Counted from the first letter of the stretch, positions 45,657-56,232 are shown. The stretch: 64,000 nt of DNA from Candidatus Humimicrobiaceae bacterium (GCA_035530555.1 DATKUR010000006.1:31673-95672); one strand, 5' to 3'. Notes: a model not told the origin generated them from the letters alone. A program made the numbers and translations.

Positions 45657-46940
45657 TTATTCAACTGGTAGTTCTGTGGGCGGCCCGCCTTTTTTGGCCT
45701 CGACGCGAGGAACTCCCCGAGCCGGAGCGACTATTTCGCCAGGGAAATGATACAAAGTGGCCAGCTCTTCTGTATTCAGAATATAGGTTCCTCCGGGCCT
45801 GGGAAAGAGACACGGCAATCTCTGAGTATAATATCTTAACATTCTCCGCTGTCTAAGATAATATCTTCTTTTATCAAGAAACCACCAGGGAACTGATTTT
45901 ACCTTAGTCATTGTTTTTGCCCAAGGTTTTAAGCCACCTAAGTTTTCCGTAGAAATTTCTTTAAAGAAGCCGAAACCAATCTTGGTGGTCGGCTTAAAAA
46001 AGACGTCTCTTTTCCCTAAATAAATAAATCGGCAATCACAGTCATAGCCAAATTTGGCCAATTTTGCCTCAATCGCTGATAATACTTCTCTTTCTCCGGG
46101 GGTAAGTTTAAATTCTGGAGGAAAAATTTCCTCTTTTTTTTCTTCTTTTTCTGCTGCCTTGCCGGTAATTAAAATCTCAGCAGCTTCCTGGATCATCGGT
46201 TTTGGTTTTTCCTTGACTGGCCTCTTGGCCAATTTATCAACCAATTCTTTCCCTTTTTCCTGCCAGGGCTTATCTTTACCTAAAACCGGCTTAGCTAAAA
46301 TCTGAAGCCAAAACTGTTCACCCGGTCTCAAAGTGGTCAGTCCTTCTAAAAGATTGGCTAAGGGATCTCTTCTTTTTTCTTCCAGGGCCTCTTTCTCTGT
46401 TTCAAATTGAGGATAAGTTTTGATCGGATAAATTTCATCTTTAGGGTTAATATAATCGGTGCCGTAAAGGTCCCATTCTTTATTGGGAATATCATGAGGA
46501 ACGGATTTGGTATAATCCTCAACTAAAGAAATTTCCGCCTCCGGATATTGAGAATAAATGTTTGACTCGATAAAATTACGCCACATCTCCGGCATTCTAA
46601 TATAAAAATGAATTTCGCCGCCGTTGCTGACAATTTCAAGAGACAAGCCTAATTGAAATACTCCCTCTATCCAGTTTTCCCTCCAAGTCGCGATATCGTG
46701 AATCCCATGCAAATCAGTAAAGACCTGGTCCATGGCGCTAATCGGTTTCAGTACATCCTTGGGCAATTTTATCTCAAGAACAATCCTTTTTATAGTCGCC
46801 TCCCATTTTTCCTGGATGAAGAAATGATAAAGATATCTCGCCGGTCGAAGAAGAACCAAAAATAAAAACAGCCACCACCAGGCCTGAATAAATTGCCAGG
46901 CATAAGAAAAAATTAAAGATACTATTGGATCCTCCGGCAT
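45657..46940 (-). CDS. membrane protein of unknown function, likely partner of the downstream ATPase
   Basis: 427-aa ORF with an N-terminal TM hairpin. Only a 3-nt gap separates it from the ATPase gene. Confidence 0.4.
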   Translation of the reverse strand: MPEDPIVSLIFSYAWQFIQAWWWLFLFLVLLRPARYLYHFFIQEKWEATIKRIVLEIKLPKDVLKPISAMDQVFTDLHGIHDIATWRENWIEGVFQLGLSLEIVSNGGEIHFYIRMPEMWRNFIESNIYSQYPEAEISLVEDYTKSVPHDIPNKEWDLYGTDYINPKDEIYPIKTYPQFETEKEALEEKRRDPLANLLEGLTTLRPGEQFWLQILAKPVLGKDKPWQEKGKELVDKLAKRPVKEKPKPMIQEAAEILITGKAAEKEEKKEEIFPPEFKLTPGEREVLSAIEAKLAKFGYDCDCRFIYLGKRDVFFKPTTKIGFGFFKEISTENLGGLKPWAKTMTKVKSVPWWFLDKRRYYLRQRRMLRYYTQRLPCLFPRPGGTYILNTEELATLYHFPGEIVAPARGVPRVEAKKGGPPTELPVE

Positions 46941-46947
46941 TTTACTC

Positions 46948-47913
46948 TTATATTTCTAATACTTTATACTTTCCTTGAGGGTTCCTTAAAAAAATTTTTT
47001 TATTGCTCAAATTAAGTAAAATGGTGTTTTCTTTTACCAATCTTTGCTTTGAAACTCTCTCTAGAATCTCGCCCTGGGTCAGGGGACCGTTTTCTCTTAA
47101 AATTTTGGCAATAACATCCTTTACCTGACCCGGCTCATAGCCCCACTCCTTCAAAGCATAAATTCCCCTCCCGACTAGAATAAACCTCGGGTCTTTAATT
47201 AATTCATTATGAACAGTCTGAATCAAGGCTCCTTCAATTGACTTGGCTACCTCGTTAAAATGAAGAGGTTTACCGATTTTTTTAAAAACCAAATAAGCCT
47301 TGTCTTTTACTCCCCTTGGGTTAATTTCCGGCCAATCTTTTAGACCATAAAAACCATCTGGATTTTTTAGAATTTTTTTAGAAACTTCCAGATAATTAGT
47401 TAAGAATTTAGAATCAGTAAAGGAGTCAAGCTCCTTCAGACCAAGGGGTTTACCAGCTTTTTTAAATCTATTGTAAATAGCCCCAGTAATATTTTTAACG
47501 GAGCCCAGAGAGTTTTTATCAATCGACCAGAAAGAATAGAAATCCAAGTCCTCGCCAAATCTCCTAAAGTCGTCACTGACTGCCAGAAGGAAATAGACCT
47601 GAGATTGGTGTTTTTTACCGCCCAGCTCTTCTAACAAAATTTCTTCTTTTTTAAATCCGCCGCATCTTTTAAGATATTGCTTGAAATATTGAAAAATCTT
47701 TTGGCGTTCGGCAGTTTTTGGTTTTATCTTCAAAAAACCGTCTTCTTCAACCTGACGAACTCTTTCTCTGGTAATACCAAAATCTTTGCCGATGGCTTCG
47801 AGAGTCTCTTTTTCGCCGCCTTTTAAACCGAAACGACGCGAAAGAATCTCTTTTTGTCTTTGCGGCAAACCATTAAGCAATTCCTGACAAATTTTTTGAT
47901 AGTTTAAAATCAT
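46948..47913 (-). CDS. sigma-70 region-4-like HTH protein with C-terminal winged-helix (HARE-HTH-like) repeats
   Basis: LPQRQKEILSRRFGL...ETLEAIGKDFGITRERVRQVEEDGFLKIK, then GKPLHFNEVAK...DPRFILVGRGIYALKEWG. Confidence 0.45.
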   Translation of the reverse strand: MILNYQKICQELLNGLPQRQKEILSRRFGLKGGEKETLEAIGKDFGITRERVRQVEEDGFLKIKPKTAERQKIFQYFKQYLKRCGGFKKEEILLEELGGKKHQSQVYFLLAVSDDFRRFGEDLDFYSFWSIDKNSLGSVKNITGAIYNRFKKAGKPLGLKELDSFTDSKFLTNYLEVSKKILKNPDGFYGLKDWPEINPRGVKDKAYLVFKKIGKPLHFNEVAKSIEGALIQTVHNELIKDPRFILVGRGIYALKEWGYEPGQVKDVIAKILRENGPLTQGEILERVSKQRLVKENTILLNLSNKKIFLRNPQGKYKVLEI

Positions 47914-47956
47914 ATTATTTATTTAACCATTTTTAGGAGATGTAGTCAAGCTTTTC

Positions 47957-48844
47957 TTATTTCCGACGCCACTCCAGCCAAGCCACTAAAATCGGGCTAA
48001 CCAAGAAGAAGGAAGAATAAGTGCCCGCAATTATTCCTAAAATCAGAACCAAAGCGAAATATTTTAAGGTTTCTCCGCCTAAAAAGAAAATGGCTATCAA
48101 AACAAAAAGGGTAGTCAAAGAGGTATTTAGACAACGCGCCAGGGTTTGATTTAAAGACTTATCTACGGTCTCAGTAAAAGTGCTATCAACTCTCTTTAAT
48201 AAATTTTCTCTAATCCTGTCAAAAACCACTACCGTGTTATTAATTGAATACCCTAAAACCATAAGGAGGGCAATAATAACCGAGATGGTAATCTGAACCC
48301 CGTAAAATTCTCCCAAAATTGCTAAAATACCTATCGGGATTAAAACGTCATGAAAAAGAGCCAAAAGAGAAGTTAAACCATATTGCCAGGAACTGATCGG
48401 TCTTTGGATTTTCCGAAAACTGAAAGCAATATATAGGACTATTGCTAAAAGGGATAGGATCACGACAATTGTCGTTTTTTCTCTCAGTTCCCGGCCAACC
48501 ACCGGACCAATTGATTCAAAGCGCAGCTCCTCTACCTGGTAACTCTCTTTCAAAATCCCTAAAACTTGCTGGTGAGTTCCTTCGTCAATCTCTTGCATCC
48601 TGATGAGCAATCCGTTGGAATCGGTCGGTTGAACAAAAACCGGACCAACAACATCGTTTAAGACCTGTCTCACTGCCTCAATAGCGGGACGTTCCCCTTC
48701 ATATTTTATCTCTAAAATACTTCCTCCGGTAAAATCAATTCCCGGCTTCAAGCCGAAAACACCAAGACAAGTCAAACTCCCTAAAACTAAAATTCCCGAT
48801 AAGATGAAATAAATTTTGCGATATTTGAGAAAAGGGGTCTTCAT
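47957..48844 (-). CDS. secF: protein translocase subunit SecF
   Basis: GIDFTGGS, six-TM topology, and an RND-like C-terminal half. Confidence 0.88.
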   Translation of the reverse strand: MKTPFLKYRKIYFILSGILVLGSLTCLGVFGLKPGIDFTGGSILEIKYEGERPAIEAVRQVLNDVVGPVFVQPTDSNGLLIRMQEIDEGTHQQVLGILKESYQVEELRFESIGPVVGRELREKTTIVVILSLLAIVLYIAFSFRKIQRPISSWQYGLTSLLALFHDVLIPIGILAILGEFYGVQITISVIIALLMVLGYSINNTVVVFDRIRENLLKRVDSTFTETVDKSLNQTLARCLNTSLTTLFVLIAIFFLGGETLKYFALVLILGIIAGTYSSFFLVSPILVAWLEWRRK

Positions 48845-49992
48845 GATAATCTCAATAATTTTTTAGTTTTGTCAGTTTTTTCCCAGGTGAATTCCGGGCC
48901 TTTTCTGCCAAAATGGCCAAAAATTGAGGTTTTCCGATAGATTGGCCGAAGCAAATTCAGCTCTTTAATAATCCCGCCCGGCGACAAATCAAAAGCCTGA
49001 GGAATAATTTTAAATAACTTTTCTTCCGAGACTTTAGCTGTGCCAAAAGTATCAACACCAAGTTCAGTCGGCTTTAAGCCGCCGATTACATAAGACATTC
49101 TGACTTGACATCTGTTTGCCAAACCGGCAGCCACGATATTTTTGGCAATATATCTTGTCATATAAGCGGCTGATCTGTCTACTTTGGTCGGATCTTTGCC
49201 GGAAAATGAGCCCCCGCCGACCGGAAAGCCGACGCCGTAATTGTCAACTATAATTTTTCGGCCCGACATCCCGGTATCGGAAACCGGGCCGCAGACAACA
49301 AAACGGCCGGTGTTGTTGATATAATATTTAGTTTTTCTGTCCAAAAATTTCTGACAAACCGGTTTAATGACTTTTTCAATAATATCCTTTCTTAGCCGAG
49401 AAAGAGAAACGCCAGGATCATGACTCGCGGCAATAACTACATTAACCAATCTTTTGGCGACTCCGTTTTCATACTCTAATGTCACTTGTGATTTCCCGTC
49501 CGGCCTCAAATAAGGCAAAATTTCTTTTTTTCTGACCTCGGTCAATTTCATCACCAATTTATGGGCCAGCATTATTGGCAGAGGCATCAATTCCAGAGTT
49601 TCTTTGCAGGCGTAACCAAGGGAACTGCCCTGGTCTCCGGCGCCCTGCTTTTTTGTTCCGGTTTTTCTTATTCCTCGTGCGATATCCGGAGATTGCCCAG
49701 AAATGGTGTTTAAAACCGCCACTGTTCGCCAATCAAAACCGTATTCCGGCTTGGTATAACCAGTATCTCTAATGACTTCTCTGGCTACATTATTAATATC
49801 AACCCAGGTTCTGGTGGTAATTTCTCCGCCAACAATGACATATCCTTTGCTGACAAAAACTTCAGCAGCCACCCGAGCATATTTGTCCTCTTTCAGGATA
49901 ACGTCCAAGATGGCATCGGCAATAGCGTCAGCCAGTTTATCAGGATGTCCGGGAGCAACCGATTCAGCTGTTAAAAATTTTTTTACACCCAT
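48841..49992 (-). CDS. metK: S-adenosylmethionine synthetase
   Basis: [19 protein letters not shown] and [19 protein letters not shown]. Confidence 0.95.
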   Translation of the reverse strand: MGVKKFLTAESVAPGHPDKLADAIADAILDVILKEDKYARVAAEVFVSKGYVIVGGEITTRTWVDINNVAREVIRDTGYTKPEYGFDWRTVAVLNTISGQSPDIARGIRKTGTKKQGAGDQGSSLGYACKETLELMPLPIMLAHKLVMKLTEVRKKEILPYLRPDGKSQVTLEYENGVAKRLVNVVIAASHDPGVSLSRLRKDIIEKVIKPVCQKFLDRKTKYYINNTGRFVVCGPVSDTGMSGRKIIVDNYGVGFPVGGGSFSGKDPTKVDRSAAYMTRYIAKNIVAAGLANRCQVRMSYVIGGLKPTELGVDTFGTAKVSEEKLFKIIPQAFDLSPGGIIKELNLLRPIYRKTSIFGHFGRKGPEFTWEKTDKTKKLLRLS

Positions 49993-51326
49993 AATAATTT
50001 AATTTTCTCAAGGCTTGTAGCAACAAAACATCTGAGAAAATTTTTGGTAATAATGATTGCTGAAAACATAGAGATTAAAATTCCCAAACTCAAGGTGGTG
50101 GCAAAGCCTTTAATAAAACTGGTACCAAAGCCAAATAAAATAGCCGCCACAATCAGGGTAGTCAGGTTGCCGTCTCTGATTGCCGGCCAAGCCCGATTGG
50201 AACCTTCTTCCAGGCTTTGAGAAAAGTTTTTCCCGCTGCGCAGTTCCTCTCGCATTCTTGAAAAAATCAAGATATTGGCATCAATAGCCATGCCAATTGA
50301 TAAAATAAAACCGCCGATACCGGCCAGCGTCAAAGTTACCGGTATTAATTTAAAGATGCTCAAAACCAAAACAACGTAAATTGCCAAAGCCAGACTGGCT
50401 AAAACTCCCGGCAATCTATAAAAGAGAATCATAAATAGAATTATTACCAAAAAACCGAGAAAACCCGCTTTCAGGCTTTGATCCAAAGAAATTCTACCCA
50501 AAGTCGGCCCGACTGACTGATGGGAAATCAAAGTTATCGGTGCGGACAAGGCGCCGGCATTTAAATTTCTCGCCAAAGCCCTGGCTTCTTCTGCGGTAAA
50601 ATTGCCGGTAATTTGGGCTTTTCCGCCACTAATTTTATTCTGTACTACCGGCTGGGAAATGGGTATGTTGTCAATATAGATGGCTAAAATTTTCCCAATG
50701 TTTTTTTCGGTTAATTCCTCAAAAATTTTCGCGCCTTCTGAGTCAAACTCAAGCAAAACTAAGGATCGGTAGATCGTCTGGTCAAAACCGACTTCAGCTT
50801 TTTTTAAATATCTCCCGGTCAAAGGAGTCGATTTAAAATAAGGGTCTTCAAGGGCCAGCTGCCAATCAGGAACCTCGAGAATTTCTTCCATTGTCTTATC
50901 TTTCAGCTCTTCATATTTTGAAAGAATCGTTTGGGTTTCTTCTTCGCTTCTTTCTTCTTTAAATTCTAAAAACGGTGTTTTGCCGATCTCTTCAATCGCT
51001 TCAGCCGGATCAATGGCACCGGCCAACTCAACTATTAATCTCTCTCCTTGAATCTGAACAATCGGTTCTCTGACCCCAAAAAGGTCAACCCTTTTCTCTA
51101 TTACATCTCTCAGGCCGGCCATAGCTTCTATTCTTTCTTCTTCTGCGATCGCCGAAAGATCGGCTTCATAAAGAAGATGGATGCCTCCCTGAAGATCCAG
51201 GCCTAATTCAAAGTCCCTTTCCGGAAGATAGGGAATTTTTAAAAATTCGGGATATACAAAATTTCCGGCCAAAAAAGCTAAAATGAAAATAATTCCGACA
51301 ACAATATAAGTCTTTCCTTTTTTCAT
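49983..51326 (-). CDS. secD: protein translocase subunit SecD
   Basis: LGLDLQGG, a periplasmic domain, and a six-TM C-terminal half. Confidence 0.88.
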   Translation of the reverse strand: MKKGKTYIVVGIIFILAFLAGNFVYPEFLKIPYLPERDFELGLDLQGGIHLLYEADLSAIAEEERIEAMAGLRDVIEKRVDLFGVREPIVQIQGERLIVELAGAIDPAEAIEEIGKTPFLEFKEERSEEETQTILSKYEELKDKTMEEILEVPDWQLALEDPYFKSTPLTGRYLKKAEVGFDQTIYRSLVLLEFDSEGAKIFEELTEKNIGKILAIYIDNIPISQPVVQNKISGGKAQITGNFTAEEARALARNLNAGALSAPITLISHQSVGPTLGRISLDQSLKAGFLGFLVIILFMILFYRLPGVLASLALAIYVVLVLSIFKLIPVTLTLAGIGGFILSIGMAIDANILIFSRMREELRSGKNFSQSLEEGSNRAWPAIRDGNLTTLIVAAILFGFGTSFIKGFATTLSLGILISMFSAIIITKNFLRCFVATSLEKIKLLWV

Positions 51327-51378
51327 AAAAACTTCTTCTTATTTTAATATAAAATCTTAAAAAGTCAAAACCGATTCC

Positions 51379-52038
51379 CTACCCGGCTAAAAGCGTCGAA
51401 ACTATTCCAACCAAAAATATTCCGTCAAAAACGCCCGCTCCCCCGATCGATAAATATCCGCCGTATTTCCGAGCTTTTCTCAAATTTAGAATATCGGCGC
51501 CAATCAGAGTTCCTAAAACGCCGCCGACAAAAGCAGTCGGCGCAGCAAATTCGGGAGCCAAAACCAAAGCAAAAACAGCTGAAAAAATCGGTGGAATAAA
51601 AAAAGGTAGGGTAATACCTTTGCCGGGGATAACTCTGGCTAAAAATTTAGTAAGAATAATCATTAAAAAAATAGTGATTAAAACCGGCGTGAGCTCAATT
51701 CCTTGTTTCAAAAGAAAAAATAAAAAATAAAAAGAGAGTAAAATTGGCAAAAGGCCGCCGCCTAAATTGATGGCTACCCCTTGAACTTCTACCTGGGGGA
51801 CACGAAATAAACCGAAAAATCTTGGCCGGCTAGAATAAAGCAATTTCTTTTTGGTTAAAGGAATATTAATACAAGAGCCGATTAAAATTAAAAAAAGCAA
51901 AAATATCGTTGTATCGCTCGAAATACCCAATCTTTCAAAACCAAGAGTAACAATATGAAAATAAACTAGCGTCAGCAAAGCCGGCAAAAATAAAATAAAA
52001 AGTAGAAAAATTAATAAAGCAATGGGAATAAAAATCAT
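51379..52038 (-). CDS. polytopic membrane protein (possibly DUF1614-like)
   Basis: 219-aa hydrophobic ORF. The family guess is from memory only. Confidence 0.35.
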   Translation of the reverse strand: MIFIPIALLIFLLFILFLPALLTLVYFHIVTLGFERLGISSDTTIFLLFLILIGSCINIPLTKKKLLYSSRPRFFGLFRVPQVEVQGVAINLGGGLLPILLSFYFLFFLLKQGIELTPVLITIFLMIILTKFLARVIPGKGITLPFFIPPIFSAVFALVLAPEFAAPTAFVGGVLGTLIGADILNLRKARKYGGYLSIGGAGVFDGIFLVGIVSTLLAG

Positions 52039-52281
52039 AGTGGTGACACAAGATTAATCGCTCGCCCTTCGGGCTCGCTCTCCAGAAGTTGAACGAAGTG
52101 AGGCGCGAAAAGAGATTTATCTCTTTAAGTACCCTCGGTTTCTGGCGGTCGGGCTACGGCCTCTCTGTTTTCCTATACGGGGAGTTCGAAGAAGCTATCG
52201 CTTCTTCTCTCGCCTCATTACTGCGCAACTCGGCAACCGTAGGGTTTCCCCGACCTTCTTCCGATTTGAGTCATCATCGGT
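52039..52281 (-). repeat. structured GC-rich intergenic element, copy Y (expanded version of 33363-33484)
   Basis: It shares the blocks ATCGGAAGAAGGTCGGGGAAACCCTACGGTT, CCCCGTATAGGAAAA, AAACCGAGGGT, GAGCGAGCCCGAAGGGCGAGCGAT and CACCACTATG with copy X, and has three insertions that fall inside X's hairpin loops. Confidence 0.75.
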
Positions 52282-54789
52282 TTATCCATATTTTGGATAA
52301 CAACATTTCTTATATTTTTTACCGGAGCCGCAGGGACAGGGGTCGTTTCGACCAGGTTTGTTTTTTGATCGCTGATTGACGCTAACTGGAGCCGCCTGCC
52401 GCTGGGAAGCGTGAATTGCTTGTTGGGCCTGCGGCTGCAAGGAAGCCCTTAAAATCATATTGACAATATTTGTTTCCATGTTAGCAATTAATCTCTGAAA
52501 CATTTTGTGTCCCTCGCTTTTATATTCCACCAAGGGGTCCCGCTGGCCGTAAGCTCGTAACCTGACCGAATCCCTTAGGGCCTCCATTTCTTCTAAATGA
52601 TTCATCCAAAACATATCAATGGTCCTTAAGGCGACAAATTTAGCAATCTGATTAAAATTTTCTCCGAGCTCTTTTTCTTTCTGTACCAGAGCTTTCTTAG
52701 CCTCGTCGCTCTTAACCCAAGCTTCAATTTGCAATCGCCAATCTTCAGTTTGTAGTAACCTTTTCCTCTTTTTGTAAATTACTTCTCGGTGCTTGTTTAA
52801 AACGTCATCGTAATCCAATAAATGTTTTCTCATATCAAAATTAAACCCCTCAATTTTTGACTGAGCCGATTCAATGGCGCCGGAAATCATTTTTGCTTCA
52901 ATTGGCTGATCCTCGGGAATTTTTAAAATGGTCATTAAGGATTGTATTCTCTCCGTAGCAAAAATTCTCATCAAATCATCTTCCAAGGAAATAAAAAATT
53001 GCGAAGAGCCAGGATCTCCTTGTCTGCCGCTTCGGCCTTGTAACTGGTTGTCAATTCTTCTGGCTTCGTGTCGTTCAGAACCTATAACGTGTAGACCGCC
53101 TGCTTCTTTGACTTTTTCAGCTTCTTCGGGGTCTTGCGGATTTCCGCCCAAAATAATATCCACTCCCCGACCAGCCATATTGGTAGCCACGGTTACCTGG
53201 CCTGCTTTCCCAGCTTGAGCAATAATTTCTCCTTCTCTTTCATGATTAGTGGCATCTAAAACCTGGCAGGTAATTCCTTCTCTTTCTAAAAGAGTTTTTA
53301 TTATTCTATTTTTTTCTATTGCTCCCATAGTGTATTGGCCAACCGTGAAACCGCCCGTACCAATTAAGATCGGTTGACCCTTTTGGTGGTGCTCTTTTAC
53401 TTCTCTCACTAAGGCTTTAAATTTTCCTTCTTTTGTTTTATAAATTCTGTCGGGCAAATATTGTCTAATCATTGGCCTGTTTGTCGGCACAATAATTACC
53501 TCCAATTTATAAACCTTATCAAACTCTTCAGCCGAAGTGGCGGCTGTTCCGGTCATGCCGGCCAATTTTTTATACATGCGGAAATAGTTTTGGAAAGTGA
53601 TTGAGGCTAGGGTTAAAGATTCCGGCTGAACCCGCACGCCTTCCTTCGCTTCAACCGCTTGATGTAGCCCCCCTGACCACCTTCTGCCCGGCATTAATCT
53701 GCCAGTAAATTCATCAACAATAATGATCTCGCCTCCGCCATCCGGGGCGGACTTAATTACATAATCTCTGTCTTTCTTAAATAGAACTTCGGCTCTCAAG
53801 GCCTGCTCTAAATGATGGACATACTTAATCCCCTTTTCTTCGTAAATATTACCCATACCTAAGATTTTTTCTATTTTATTAATCCCCCCTTCCGCTAGGG
53901 TAACCGTTCTTAATTTTTCATCTACCTGATAGTCGGTTTTGGGATCCAACCCGGGGATAATCCTGGCGAATTCTTGATACCATTTGGAGCTTTCCATATC
54001 AGGGGCGGAAATAATCAATGGCGTCCTGGCTTCATCAATCAAAATTGAGTCCACTTCATCAACAATAACAAAGTTAAACCCTCGCTGAACCTGCTGCGAC
54101 ACCTCATAAACCATATTATCCCGCAAATAATCAAACCCGAATTCGTTATTAGTACCGTAAGTAATATCCGCCTCATAGGCCTCTTTTCTGGAACAAGGTT
54201 TCAAGTAATCTTCAACAACTTTAAATGCTCCCATCGCGTCCCTTTTTTCGTCTAATTGTTCACCGCCCGCTGTTTTCTGTTCATTAATATATGTTGGGTC
54301 ATAAAGATACGCTGTATCGTGCACTATACATCCTGTTGACATACCAAGCGCGTGGTATATTTGTCCCATCCAAACCGTGTCACGCTTAGCTAAATAATCA
54401 TTGACTGTTACCAGATGACAGCCTTTTCCTTCCAGGGCGTTTAAATAAAGAGGTAGAGTGGCAGCCAGGGTTTTCCCTTCCCCGGTTTTCATTTCAGCAA
54501 TTTTCCCTTGATGCAAAACAATTCCGCCAATTAACTGACAATCAAAGTGTCGTTGATCAAGATTTCTCTTGGCCGCCTCCCGAACTTGCGCAAAGGCCTC
54601 AGGCAAAATATCGTCTAAAAACTCTCCAGCACGCAATTTCTCTTTTAACTCCTGTGTTTTAGCTTTCAGTTGCTCATTAGAAAAAGCCTCGAATTCTGAT
54701 TCGAGTTGATCAATCTTATCAACCACCGGCTGGAGCTGCTTTAAATATTTCTCGTTGGCATCGCCAAAAATTTTAGCAATTATTGACAT
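52282..54789 (-). CDS. secA: preprotein translocase ATPase SecA
   Basis: 835-aa ORF with DEAD-like motor motifs and the C-terminal zinc finger CPCGSGKKYKKCC. Confidence 0.97.
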   Translation of the reverse strand: MSIIAKIFGDANEKYLKQLQPVVDKIDQLESEFEAFSNEQLKAKTQELKEKLRAGEFLDDILPEAFAQVREAAKRNLDQRHFDCQLIGGIVLHQGKIAEMKTGEGKTLAATLPLYLNALEGKGCHLVTVNDYLAKRDTVWMGQIYHALGMSTGCIVHDTAYLYDPTYINEQKTAGGEQLDEKRDAMGAFKVVEDYLKPCSRKEAYEADITYGTNNEFGFDYLRDNMVYEVSQQVQRGFNFVIVDEVDSILIDEARTPLIISAPDMESSKWYQEFARIIPGLDPKTDYQVDEKLRTVTLAEGGINKIEKILGMGNIYEEKGIKYVHHLEQALRAEVLFKKDRDYVIKSAPDGGGEIIIVDEFTGRLMPGRRWSGGLHQAVEAKEGVRVQPESLTLASITFQNYFRMYKKLAGMTGTAATSAEEFDKVYKLEVIIVPTNRPMIRQYLPDRIYKTKEGKFKALVREVKEHHQKGQPILIGTGGFTVGQYTMGAIEKNRIIKTLLEREGITCQVLDATNHEREGEIIAQAGKAGQVTVATNMAGRGVDIILGGNPQDPEEAEKVKEAGGLHVIGSERHEARRIDNQLQGRSGRQGDPGSSQFFISLEDDLMRIFATERIQSLMTILKIPEDQPIEAKMISGAIESAQSKIEGFNFDMRKHLLDYDDVLNKHREVIYKKRKRLLQTEDWRLQIEAWVKSDEAKKALVQKEKELGENFNQIAKFVALRTIDMFWMNHLEEMEALRDSVRLRAYGQRDPLVEYKSEGHKMFQRLIANMETNIVNMILRASLQPQAQQAIHASQRQAAPVSVNQRSKNKPGRNDPCPCGSGKKYKKCCYPKYG

Positions 54790-54860
54790 ATCTTAAATTC
54801 TACACTAAAAATCGGGGTTTTTCAACCAAAAAAGGAGCTTAACTCCTCTCTGTTTAATGT

Positions 54861-55724
54861 TTAAGGTTTCTCCCTAAATACCGTTGAAGAAAAATGAATT
54901 TCTGGAGAATAATAGCTTGTTTTGATGTTCAGTTTTTTATATTTTTTTTCTATCTCTTTAAAACTGATCCTGTCAAAATTGATCTTTTTAGAACCGAAGG
55001 AAAAGGTATGTTCGTCAAAAGGAAAACAGCCGACAAAAGCTTTATGAACCCTGAAAAAGGGGAAAACTTTCTTAATTGTTTCCCTAGACTTTTTAGCAAA
55101 TTTTTCTTTTAAATAAGCGGTCTGAAAAGCAGCCACGCCTTCTTTCTGAAGAGCTTTTAAAACATCTTTGTAAAATTCGGTTTTCCAAAGAACCAATGAT
55201 GGGCCGACAGGATCGGTTGAGTCGTTAATAATAATGTCAAAGTAATTTTTATAATTCCTGACAAACTTTAATGCGTCTTCGTTAAATATCTTCAACCGCT
55301 TATCATTAAAAGCTCCGCGAGAAACCGATGGAAGATATTTTTTTGAAACCTCAATTACTTTTTTATCAATCTCAATGAGATAAATTTCTTTAACCGATTT
55401 GTGTTTTATAACTTCCCTAAGCGCTCCGCCGTCTCCGCCGCCGACAATCAAAGCTCTTTCCGGCCTTTTATGATAAAAAATGGCTGGCTGAACCAGCATT
55501 TCGTGATAAATGGCTTCGTATTTTGTTGAAAGCTGAACTAGACCGTCAAGAGCCAAAATCCGACCGAATTCTTCTGTATCAAAAATCTCGATTTTTTGGA
55601 AATTGCTTTTTCCGGAATAAATTTCTTTTTCAATGACAACGCCCCAAGTAGAGTTCGGAGACTCAGATGGCAACTTAAAGTCTTCAAAAAACCAATTTTT
55701 ACCAAAAAGAAATTTCTTAATCAT
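54861..55724 (-). CDS. speE: spermidine synthase
   Basis: The GGGDGGALREV motif and a 287-aa length. Confidence 0.88.
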   Translation of the reverse strand: MIKKFLFGKNWFFEDFKLPSESPNSTWGVVIEKEIYSGKSNFQKIEIFDTEEFGRILALDGLVQLSTKYEAIYHEMLVQPAIFYHKRPERALIVGGGDGGALREVIKHKSVKEIYLIEIDKKVIEVSKKYLPSVSRGAFNDKRLKIFNEDALKFVRNYKNYFDIIINDSTDPVGPSLVLWKTEFYKDVLKALQKEGVAAFQTAYLKEKFAKKSRETIKKVFPFFRVHKAFVGCFPFDEHTFSFGSKKINFDRISFKEIEKKYKKLNIKTSYYSPEIHFSSTVFREKP

Positions 55725-55727
55725 TTA

Positions 55728-55810
55728 CCGAATCCCGCGCAGCGGGATGAGGTGGAAGAAGAGGATTCGTCCTCTTCGCCCGAATCCCGCGCAGCGGCAC
55801 GAGGTGGAAG
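55728..55810 (-). repeat. two tandem copies of the 32-nt GC-rich hairpin repeat, separated by a GAGGA-ttcg-TCCTC hairpin
   Basis: The minus-sense sequences are CTTCCACCTCGTGCCGCTGCGCGGGATTCGG and CTTCCACCTCATCCCGCTGCGCGGGATTCGG. The second runs directly into TAAATG, the speE start. Confidence 0.75.
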
Positions 55811-55818
55811 AAAAAAAT

Positions 55819-56223
55819 TTATTCTTTTCCAGTAATTTTTCCTCTTGTTATTTCTTTTATCTCAACTCTTGTAGGTCTAAATTCTCTTTTAAAATATTCC
55901 AAAGCTCTACGGGGCATGCCTTTACATCCACAAGTAAAAATATCAATTGCCAAATAATTCATTTCCGGCCAGGAATGCAAGGCAATATGGCTTTCAGCCA
56001 ACAAAATAACTCCGGTTATCCCTTGGGGTAAAAACTTATTTACTAAAACTTTTAAAGGAGTGTTTTTAGCTTTCTTTGCTGCGGTAATCAAAATTTTTTT
56101 TAGTTCTTTCGGGTTCTTAATATCTTTTCCATGCCAAAATTCGGCGAGCAGGTGAACGCCGGCGTATTTCTGGTTTTTCTTCTGAGGGATCCATAAAGTG
56201 GATCTCTTTGTTTTTTGAAGCAT
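55819..56223 (-). CDS. speH: S-adenosylmethionine decarboxylase proenzyme (class 1, SpeH type)
   Basis: LLAESHIALHSWPE, the Glu-Ser self-cleavage site context. Confidence 0.85.
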   Translation of the reverse strand: MLQKTKRSTLWIPQKKNQKYAGVHLLAEFWHGKDIKNPKELKKILITAAKKAKNTPLKVLVNKFLPQGITGVILLAESHIALHSWPEMNYLAIDIFTCGCKGMPRRALEYFKREFRPTRVEIKEITRGKITGKE

Positions 56224-56232
56224 ATTGCTTTG

